This document shows, in pieces, positions 1 through 6,939 of a stretch of 64,000 nucleotides of DNA. The translations under genes and the position numbers were made by a program. Position 1 is the stretch's first letter, and the number at the start of each line of letters is the position of its first letter. The notes under the pieces were generated by a model. That model was not told where the DNA came from. It saw only the letters and a list, made by a program, of their open reading frames with translations, and did not search any database. Source of the DNA: Candidatus Poribacteria bacterium (lineage in GTDB: Bacteria > Poribacteria > WGA-4E > WGA-3G); the NCBI GenBank assembly GCA_022821065.1, contig JAJEEK010000037.1, forward strand, positions 16,642 to 80,641. The letters run 5' to 3'.

Positions 1-380
1 CCCGCACCCGAAGAGAACCTCCGTTGAACGGGATTATTGGTATCCAGTGGGAGCCGATGAATACACAGTATTGGGCGATGTTCTTTGTGCGCGGTGCTGC
101 CGAACAGAGAAGATTGAACCGGAGCGACATCCGCGATCCACGGATTCAAGGCTCAACGCGCGACCCGGCGGAAGTTGAATTTGACGCCAACGGTGCCGCT
201 ATAGATGCGGGTACACCGGCATGGTTTACACTAAATATCCGCGGTGGTGTCAAACTTTTTGATGCCACACGTTTGACGCTATCGCTTGACAATTTACTTA
301 ATAAGCGGTATCGTCCGCACGGGTCTGGTATCAATTCACCGGGTTTCAATGTAAGTTTGAGTTTGGACAATCGGTTCTAA
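1..380 (+). CDS. TonB-dependent outer-membrane receptor, C-terminal fragment (gene begins upstream of window)
   Basis: The reading frame is open to the window edge (no stop between nt 3 and 24). The C-terminal barrel strands LTLSLDNLLNKRYRPHG...NVSLSLDNRF end in a terminal aromatic F, typical of TonB-dependent receptors. Confidence 0.6.
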   Translation, partial: RTRREPPLNGIIGIQWEPMNTQYWAMFFVRGAAEQRRLNRSDIRDPRIQGSTRDPAEVEFDANGAAIDAGTPAWFTLNIRGGVKLFDATRLTLSLDNLLNKRYRPHGSGINSPGFNVSLSLDNRF

Positions 381-400
381 AGAATCGGAATATAGCGGGT

Positions 401-415
401 GCGGTTTTTAACCGC
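401..415. terminator. Short hairpin between convergent genes (possible bidirectional terminator)
   Basis: GCGGTT-TTT-AACCGC forms a 6 bp stem between the stop of the receptor gene (380) and the stop of coaD (425). The U-tract is weak. Confidence 0.3.
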
Positions 416-424
416 GTCCTCTAC

Positions 425-937
425 TTAGGTCACGTCAAATTTTTTCTTTATAAATTCGACGACGATTTCTGGTACCATCTCCTTCAATTTCTCTTCGCTT
501 AACTTTCGCTGTGCCATCTGCACGACTTCCATCACGAGCGTTGAACTGATATGTGCGTACTGTGTGTTTGCCATCATAAAGAGGGTATCGATGTCGGGTG
601 CGATCTGCTGATTCATCCGTGCCATCTTGAATTCCCATTCGAAGTCGGAAATTTCGCGTAGTCCACGGATGATAGCACACGCGCCGCGCGTCTGGGCATA
701 GTGTACTGTTAATCCCGTATAGCCATCAATTACGGCTTGTGGATACGGTTGAATGACGGTTTCAAGCATTTCGGTGCGCTCTTCGAGTGTGAAACGGGCC
801 GGCTTGGCAGGGTTCACACCGATAGCGACAATGAGTTGATCAAAGACACCGAGGTTGCATATCCGGTCGATGAGGTCGGCGTGTCCGTTCGTGACGGGAT
901 CAAAGCTTGCGGGGAAGATGGCGATTTTTTTCGGCAT
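425..937 (-). CDS. coaD: Phosphopantetheine adenylyltransferase
   Basis: MPKKIAIFPASFDPVTNGHADLIDR carries the (T/H)xGH nucleotidyltransferase motif and has CoaD length and organisation. I moved the start to the internal ATG at 937 because the longer ORF would overlap the upstream gene's stop at 960. Confidence 0.85.
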   Translation of the reverse strand: MPKKIAIFPASFDPVTNGHADLIDRICNLGVFDQLIVAIGVNPAKPARFTLEERTEMLETVIQPYPQAVIDGYTGLTVHYAQTRGACAIIRGLREISDFEWEFKMARMNQQIAPDIDTLFMMANTQYAHISSTLVMEVVQMAQRKLSEEKLKEMVPEIVVEFIKKKFDVT

Positions 938-959
938 TACGGTTTCCTTATTCGTGATA

Positions 960-2921
960 TTACGGCTTTTGGGACGGTTGTTCGGATTTTTCTTCGAGGT
1001 CAAATTCTCTCCAGACGATATTTCCGTGCATATCTATCATTGAGAGTTGAATCTCCTTGACCGCAGTTCCTGCTAATTCAAATTCGACAGTAGCCTTTTT
1101 TTCTCCATTTAGCGGTTGACAACTGTGCAGCTTGAAGCCCTGTTTTGTAACTGGATCGCTCGGTGTTGTTGGTACAATCAACTGGACTTGATGAATTCCG
1201 TCTTCGTCGGTAACATCGAATTGGAGCGGTGTTGAATTAGAAGTCGTTGGAAGTCGGTGCATCTTGATTGTGGCTGGTTTATCAAAGAAGGGTTGATTGG
1301 GATTAAAGAACCGGCTTTTATTTAGCCATTCAGCAGCACACTTAGACAGCACAGATCTTCGGCTCGCGTAAGACATGATTCTACGATTCGGTCCACGAAA
1401 ATCGTGTTCCAAACCGAACGCGTGCCCGAGTTCATGGGCAATCGTATCCCAATCTAAAGCGTTACGGGCAGCGGAAACGAAAGCACTACCGCCGTGAAGT
1501 GCTCTGCCGAGTTCATCGTTATATGTAAACGGAGTGAATCCTCCTACTCCAACTGTTGTACTATCTTTGTCATAAAATATACCGCTCCTGATGTCTACAA
1601 CAACAAGTAGAATGTTCTTTGAGCGATCAAAATGTTTGGTTATTTCCGTTTTGATTTTTTTTGTCGTATCTTCGCGATAATAACCGTCAGGATGCTGTGC
1701 TTTAAAAAGATATACCTTCGGTCTACCGCTGCTATCGGTCTCAAACGTAAAGGTTTTTCTCCTGAACCCGTGGTTTTTCATCTGGGTGGCGTAAAAATGT
1801 TGGGCTTGTCTTGTCAATTTATTGAGTTTAGTAGAGATACCGCGCTGTGGTGGATGTTCCTTTGAAAAAAAATAGATGAGTCGAACGACATCGTGTTGCG
1901 TGGTGTCAATTCTTGCTAATTGCTGTTCTGAAATATTCCACACGCTGAGCATTCCATTTCTACCGCCCCCGGCAAGCGTGTTTCCATCAGGTGAAAAGGC
2001 GATAGATATGGTAGCAGCAGTTGGGCCTTTAAGCGAAACAATTCGCTCACCATTTGTAATAGAGCGGAGCGTCACGCCCCTGAGATCAGAGGTTGCATAC
2101 ATTGTGTTATTAGGAGAAAAGTCAATATCTAAACCGATTGCTTCACCGAGTATGTTGCCATGAAGTTGCCACTCCGGTAAACGCCAGAGCGTATGGTTAT
2201 AAAATCCAATGCTTGCCAAAAAGTTTCCGTCTGCAGAAAATCGGACAGATCGAATATCATTGGAATCTACTTTTACGGATCGGACAAGTTTCTGGTGCTG
2301 TACGTCCCAAATTTCGAGTCTGCCATTTTCATCTCCGCATGCAAGCCATTTTCCATCAGGCGAAAAATCAACTGTCCAAATTAGCACCGATTTATCGTGT
2401 GGGAGCGTCTGAACCTCCACGATCTGCTTTGGGTTACGAATATCCCAGATTTTCGAGCGTCTACCGACGGTTGCCAAGTAGTTTCCATCTGGTGAAATAG
2501 CGACTGCAGCGGCGGGAGTCTCAAAGGAATTGATTTTCGTTGCGGAAGAGACATCCCACAATATAATTCGACCAAATAAATCCGCGCTCACGATCAATTC
2601 TCCGGTAGGTGAGAACGCTATGGATGTAACTGTACCAGCGGGTCCGCTGAGAATTGCTTGGGGTTCCGACGTGTCGGCGAGGTTCCACAACTTTATTGTG
2701 TTTCTATCGGTTCCGGCAATAAGGGCGGGATCTATTGGTGAAAACGCGACATCGGAAATCCGAGATTCATGTTTGAATTCGGCAATCGGTGTGAGTTTTT
2801 CTGGGGGTTGTGCGAATTTCTGATTCGATGGGTCCGTTTTCCAAAAGATATAGAAACCTATGGAACCAGAGATAAGAAGCGTGATTAGCACATAGAGAGG
2901 TAAAAGTTTTTTGGAACGCAA
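960..2921 (-). CDS. Membrane-anchored WD40 beta-propeller protein fused to a metzincin-type zinc metalloprotease domain (paralog 1)
   Basis: There is an N-terminal hydrophobic anchor (LLPLYVLITLLISGSIGFYIF). Repeated FSPDG...W(D/N) WD40-like blades follow. The zinc motif is HELGHAFGLEHDF followed by IMSY (HExxHxxGxxHD plus Met-turn), encoded around 1396-1440. Confidence 0.7.
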   Translation of the reverse strand: MRSKKLLPLYVLITLLISGSIGFYIFWKTDPSNQKFAQPPEKLTPIAEFKHESRISDVAFSPIDPALIAGTDRNTIKLWNLADTSEPQAILSGPAGTVTSIAFSPTGELIVSADLFGRIILWDVSSATKINSFETPAAAVAISPDGNYLATVGRRSKIWDIRNPKQIVEVQTLPHDKSVLIWTVDFSPDGKWLACGDENGRLEIWDVQHQKLVRSVKVDSNDIRSVRFSADGNFLASIGFYNHTLWRLPEWQLHGNILGEAIGLDIDFSPNNTMYATSDLRGVTLRSITNGERIVSLKGPTAATISIAFSPDGNTLAGGGRNGMLSVWNISEQQLARIDTTQHDVVRLIYFFSKEHPPQRGISTKLNKLTRQAQHFYATQMKNHGFRRKTFTFETDSSGRPKVYLFKAQHPDGYYREDTTKKIKTEITKHFDRSKNILLVVVDIRSGIFYDKDSTTVGVGGFTPFTYNDELGRALHGGSAFVSAARNALDWDTIAHELGHAFGLEHDFRGPNRRIMSYASRRSVLSKCAAEWLNKSRFFNPNQPFFDKPATIKMHRLPTTSNSTPLQFDVTDEDGIHQVQLIVPTTPSDPVTKQGFKLHSCQPLNGEKKATVEFELAGTAVKEIQLSMIDMHGNIVWREFDLEEKSEQPSQKP

Positions 2922-2930
2922 TTTAATTCC

Positions 2931-4988
2931 TTATTTTTTTCTTTTTATCTCTTTGAGGTTAAATATCCGAAATGTGATGTTGCCGTGTATGTCAATCATC
3001 TGAAGTTTAACACTGTCGTGGCTCGGTTCTGGTAAGTTGAATTCAACAGTCGCCTCTTTCTGGGCATTCAAGAGTTGGTAGTCATGCAGCACGAAGGATT
3101 TTGCTCTTTGTGTGTTTTCCCAATTTTTCTTATTCGTTTCCTCGTTTTTGCTTGACTGGTATCCGGGCAGCGGGGTATCCACCGTCGGTGGGGTAAACAA
3201 CATTGCTTGATGGAGGCCATCAACATCTTTGAGATGAAATTGGAGAACTTTCGACTTAGAGAGGTTGACTGAAGAGAGTCCTACCTCAATTTTCAGGGGC
3301 TCATCAAAGAAGGGTTGCCGCGGATTAAAATAATGGCTCTTATCCAGCCATTGTGCACTGCATTCGGATAACTGCTTCTGTGCGTTACCGTAGGACATCA
3401 GGTAGCTTGGATCTCGGAAATCGTGTTTTAGTCCAAAGGCGTGCCCGAGTTCATGTGCCATCACTTCCCAGTTGAACCCATCATCACCGGACGCTGGAAT
3501 AAAGGCGCGCCCTCCTCGTGTGCTCCACAAATCTTTTTCATAGTCAAGCCCAAAGGGTGTAACACCACCCGCGCCGGCTACATTTCCAATCCCTTCACTA
3601 CTGATATCTACGACAATGAGATGGATGTCTTTTATTCTATCAAACCTTTCAGTAACTTCATCCTCAACCCGCGTAAAAGTATTTTTAAGATAGTACTTAT
3701 CAGTATATTGACCTTCCACAAGATATACCTTTGCACTCCCGTCTTCATTTTTTTCAAAGGTAAAGGTTTTCTTCCCCAATCCGTGGTGCTCCATCTGATC
3801 TGCATAAAACTGCTGTACCTCTTTTATCAACTTGTCTAATTTCTCCGTAACCTCCGGCTGAGCGGCGCGGTCACTCGGTAGGAAGTAGATTAACCGCACT
3901 ATATCTTGGGAAACCGATTCCTGTGGGTTCATATACTGCGAAGTATCCGAGACCCGCAAAACGCCATCACTCCAACCACTTGCTAAGGCAGTTCCATCTG
4001 CCGAGAAAGCAACAGACTTAACCCAATTGGAAGAATTTTCTATAGCGGCGATACGCTCACCATTCTCCAAAGACCAAAACTCTACATCTCCAATACCGCC
4101 ACTGACAAGTATCTGTCCATCAGGTGTAAAGGCAAGATCGCGGACGGGTGCTGTTGTAATCGTGGCATGGTGGTGCCAGTCTGGCAAGGCGTATAGTTCA
4201 ATGTTTCCGTCATCGTCTGCCACGGCCAGCAACAGATTTTCTACATCTGGCGAAAACTCAAGCGTCCTCGTCCACCTTTTATTTTGGTTTAGTGTTTTGA
4301 TAACCTCTTGACTCTCAATATTCCAGATCGTCACGTCGCCCCCGATTTGGCTTCGGCTCGTGGTGGCTAATAGTTTGCTATCTGGTGAAAAGGCAAGTTT
4401 CTCCGGATGACCTCCACGAGATAAGGTGGATCCTGCCGTTACCGCTGTCGGTGTGCGAACATCCCACAACTTCACACCGAGACTGTCATTTGCGAGCCAT
4501 TGTCCATCCGGTGAGAAGGCGATTGGTTTATAACTCATTCTACCAAAAGTATTGATGGATTTTTGCTCATCTATAGACCACAATCTTATACCTCTTGACC
4601 ATCCAGTAATTGCAAGGAATTTGCCATCAGGGGAAAAAGCAAAAGAATCACCGGCAAGTACCGTCATAGGTTCGCTTGTATTTTTTAAATCCCACAATTT
4701 TATCGTGCGTGCTGCGCGACCGAGATTAGAAACACTGACAATAAGAGAGGGATCAATCGGCGAAAACGCGACGGTGTCAATAGAGCTATCGTGATTCGCC
4801 GTTGCGATAAGTTCAGGTGTACCTGGTGGTTCTGCGAATTTTTGTCGAATTTCATCTGGTATTGCAACTGTTCGAGGGGACGGACGCGGGTGATCAATGT
4901 TCCATCGGCGCAGCGTAAGAAGGATGAATATACCGATGAGAACGCCAATGACAATAGCCGATCGAAACAGAATGCTTCTGCGCCGCAT
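2931..4988 (-). CDS. Membrane-anchored WD40 beta-propeller + metzincin metalloprotease (paralog 2)
   Basis: The architecture matches the 960-2921 gene: anchor IVIGVLIGIFILLTL, WD40-like blades, then HELGHAFGLKHDF...LMSY encoded around 3421-3465. The two proteins are collinear along their full length. Confidence 0.7.
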   Translation of the reverse strand: MRRRSILFRSAIVIGVLIGIFILLTLRRWNIDHPRPSPRTVAIPDEIRQKFAEPPGTPELIATANHDSSIDTVAFSPIDPSLIVSVSNLGRAARTIKLWDLKNTSEPMTVLAGDSFAFSPDGKFLAITGWSRGIRLWSIDEQKSINTFGRMSYKPIAFSPDGQWLANDSLGVKLWDVRTPTAVTAGSTLSRGGHPEKLAFSPDSKLLATTSRSQIGGDVTIWNIESQEVIKTLNQNKRWTRTLEFSPDVENLLLAVADDDGNIELYALPDWHHHATITTAPVRDLAFTPDGQILVSGGIGDVEFWSLENGERIAAIENSSNWVKSVAFSADGTALASGWSDGVLRVSDTSQYMNPQESVSQDIVRLIYFLPSDRAAQPEVTEKLDKLIKEVQQFYADQMEHHGLGKKTFTFEKNEDGSAKVYLVEGQYTDKYYLKNTFTRVEDEVTERFDRIKDIHLIVVDISSEGIGNVAGAGGVTPFGLDYEKDLWSTRGGRAFIPASGDDGFNWEVMAHELGHAFGLKHDFRDPSYLMSYGNAQKQLSECSAQWLDKSHYFNPRQPFFDEPLKIEVGLSSVNLSKSKVLQFHLKDVDGLHQAMLFTPPTVDTPLPGYQSSKNEETNKKNWENTQRAKSFVLHDYQLLNAQKEATVEFNLPEPSHDSVKLQMIDIHGNITFRIFNLKEIKRKK

Positions 4989-5006
4989 TGTTAATTTCCT
5001 TAAGAT

Positions 5007-5127
5007 TAGGACTTACGCACTTTTGACTGTAGACTGTTTTGTTAGAAGAAAGTTTTCTAAAAACACAGCATTTTTGCGTCACAAACTAACAGTTTGTGGT
5101 ACAAAAGAGCGTTATGCGTAAGTCCTA
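5007..5127. mobile_element. MITE copy 1 (121 bp, 13 bp terminal inverted repeats, 5 bp target-site duplication AAGAT)
   Basis: The ends are TAGGACTTACGCA...TGCGTAAGTCCTA. AAGAT flanks the element at 5002-5006 and 5128-5132. It is collinear with the second copy at 15000-15152. Confidence 0.7.
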
Positions 5128-5285
5128 AAGATATTGGGTATACCAAGATAGTAGATTCTTCAGAGACAGTTTTTATTTTATCATAAACGTCGTTGGAATG
5201 CAAATCAGAAAAGCCGTCAGTTATCGGCAGTCCGTAGGATCGCTATTAAGGGTCGGCTCCTACAGGGAATTGGAACTAAAAAAGT

Positions 5286-5315
5286 TTGCTACTATTTTTG
5301 CACGTGTGGTATAAT
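5286..5315 (+). promoter_or_regulatory. Sigma-70-like promoter upstream of the ThuA-like gene
   Basis: TTGCTA, 18 nt spacer, TGgTATAAT (extended -10). An AGGAGG ribosome-binding site lies at 5333-5338 before the ATG at 5350. Confidence 0.4.
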
Positions 5316-5349
5316 AGCAATATCATTTAGCAAGGAGGCTAACGAACTA

Positions 5350-5982
5350 ATGGGAAAAATCAACACACTTGTTTTTGCCGGTGGTGCGATTCACGATTGG
5401 AAAGGGTGTAGTGACGAAATCGTGAACGTGCTCTCACAACGCGACGAATTTGAGATTACCAGAGTCGAGGAAGACCTTGACGCGCTTGTTTCACCGAATT
5501 TGGATCCGTACGATCTGATCGTTTTCTACTACACAGTAGGCGAGATTTCGGATGCCCAAAAGAACGGTCTGCTCAATCACGTCGCTTCAGGTAAGGGATA
5601 TGTCGGTATCCATTCGGCGGCGGATTCATTCCGTGGCTGTCCAGAATATCGTTCGATGGTAGGTGGCTATTTTGTCACGCACCCGCGTTATCGCGAGTAC
5701 CAAGTCAGTATCGTTGACAGTGAACACGAAATCACGGAAGGACTTGATGAGTTCGTCGTGACGGACGAACAATACATCCTCGATTACGATCCACGGAATC
5801 ATATACTGGCGTCAGCGTTATGGAAAGGTGCCGCGGCACCAGTGGCATGGACGAAGAATTGGGGTGAGGGCAAGGTTTTCTATCTTGCGCTCGGTCATGA
5901 CCCTTCGGCATGCCAGCACGAGATGTTCGGGACGCTGCTACAACGTGGTGCGCTCTGGGCAGGTAGCAACGGCAGTGAATAG
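5350..5982 (+). CDS. ThuA-like (trehalose utilisation) domain protein
   Basis: The motifs LVFAGGAIHDW, GYVGIHSAADSF, THPRY and WTKNWGEGKVFYLALGHD match the ThuA/class-I glutamine-amidotransferase-like family. A strong RBS precedes the start. Confidence 0.7.
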   Translation: MGKINTLVFAGGAIHDWKGCSDEIVNVLSQRDEFEITRVEEDLDALVSPNLDPYDLIVFYYTVGEISDAQKNGLLNHVASGKGYVGIHSAADSFRGCPEYRSMVGGYFVTHPRYREYQVSIVDSEHEITEGLDEFVVTDEQYILDYDPRNHILASALWKGAAAPVAWTKNWGEGKVFYLALGHDPSACQHEMFGTLLQRGALWAGSNGSE

Positions 5983-6139
5983 ATAGATAGCCGTCAGCAG
6001 TCGGCTTTCGGCAAAGAGGGTGCTTGTGGCAGTCGCAGAAATGTCAACCGCCACAGCACTATCTACTGAACGTTATGTGTGCCTTCAGCGTCGATTCAGG
6101 TTGCTGACCGCTGACCGTCGATGGTTTCCGAGAGCCACC

Positions 6140-6820
6140 ATGAAACAGAAAATTACCGATATTCAGGGAGTCCCAGAATTACCCTCACACCGACAACTCT
6201 TTTTAGACGGTTCCCCATTTGTTGTAATCCATGCATCCCTAATCGAAAAATTTGGGTTGCGTCTCGACTTAGAGATTGAAGCCGAGACTATCGAAAAGAT
6301 AATCGCAGCGGATGCGGTGATGCGCGCGAAGAATTATGCGCTCAGATTGCTACGTGAGGAGAAAGATAAGACGACAACAGACGAACCGGATACCTCCCGC
6401 CCTACAGTAAAACCGAGAACGTACACCAAAAGCGAGATAGAACAGCGACTCGAACGAGAAGGCTTTTCAGCCGACGCGATTGAAACATCTATTGCGGAGT
6501 TGATCCGCTCAGGACATATTCGCGACCGTAAGTTTGCCGAGAATTGGATCGTCCGCAGGCAAAAATCCAATCCGCGCGGGAAGACGCTACTTAAGCAGGA
6601 GCTAGTCAATAAAGGCATTGACAGGGAGACAGCGGAGCAGGTTGTCGCGACGGTAGAGACTGAAGACGAAGCGAAAGTTGCGCTTCAGATTGCGCAAAAA
6701 CGGGTGAAGCAATACAGACGACTGCCGATGCACGTCGCGAAACGGCGGCTCCATGGATTCTTAGCGCGACGCGGGTTCGGGGCGGCGGTTGTACGACAGG
6801 TACTCGAACAGATTTTTTGA
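6140..6820 (+). CDS. recX: RecX family regulatory protein
   Basis: The C-terminal repeats are RecX-like: KFAENWIVRRQKSNPRGKTLLKQELVNKGIDRETAEQVV and AKRRLHGFLARRGFGAAVVRQVLE. The gene sits directly upstream of alaS, as in many bacteria. I chose the start at the internal ATG (MKQKITD). Confidence 0.7.
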   Translation: MKQKITDIQGVPELPSHRQLFLDGSPFVVIHASLIEKFGLRLDLEIEAETIEKIIAADAVMRAKNYALRLLREEKDKTTTDEPDTSRPTVKPRTYTKSEIEQRLEREGFSADAIETSIAELIRSGHIRDRKFAENWIVRRQKSNPRGKTLLKQELVNKGIDRETAEQVVATVETEDEAKVALQIAQKRVKQYRRLPMHVAKRRLHGFLARRGFGAAVVRQVLEQIF

Positions 6821-6876
6821 GACGTTTGAATGCTGTACAAAGTTTAACGCATGGCATTTTTATATCCGTTTTTGTC

Positions 6877-6906
6877 TTGACTTCTCTATAAGAAATACAC
6901 TATAAT
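6877..6906 (+). promoter_or_regulatory. Sigma-70-like promoter upstream of alaS
   Basis: TTGACT, 18 nt spacer, TATAAT, located 34 nt upstream of the alaS ATG. Confidence 0.45.
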
Positions 6907-6939
6907 TAGAGATGGATATAAGAGGGGAAGGTTCACACA

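Noticed and set aside
4894-5121. ORFs 4897-5121 (+) and 4894-5082 (-) spanning the first MITE, and the N-terminal extension MRKSYNF of ORF 13973-15013.
   Set aside because: They are encoded largely by the mobile-element repeat. The same sequence recurs at 15000-15152 in a non-coding context.
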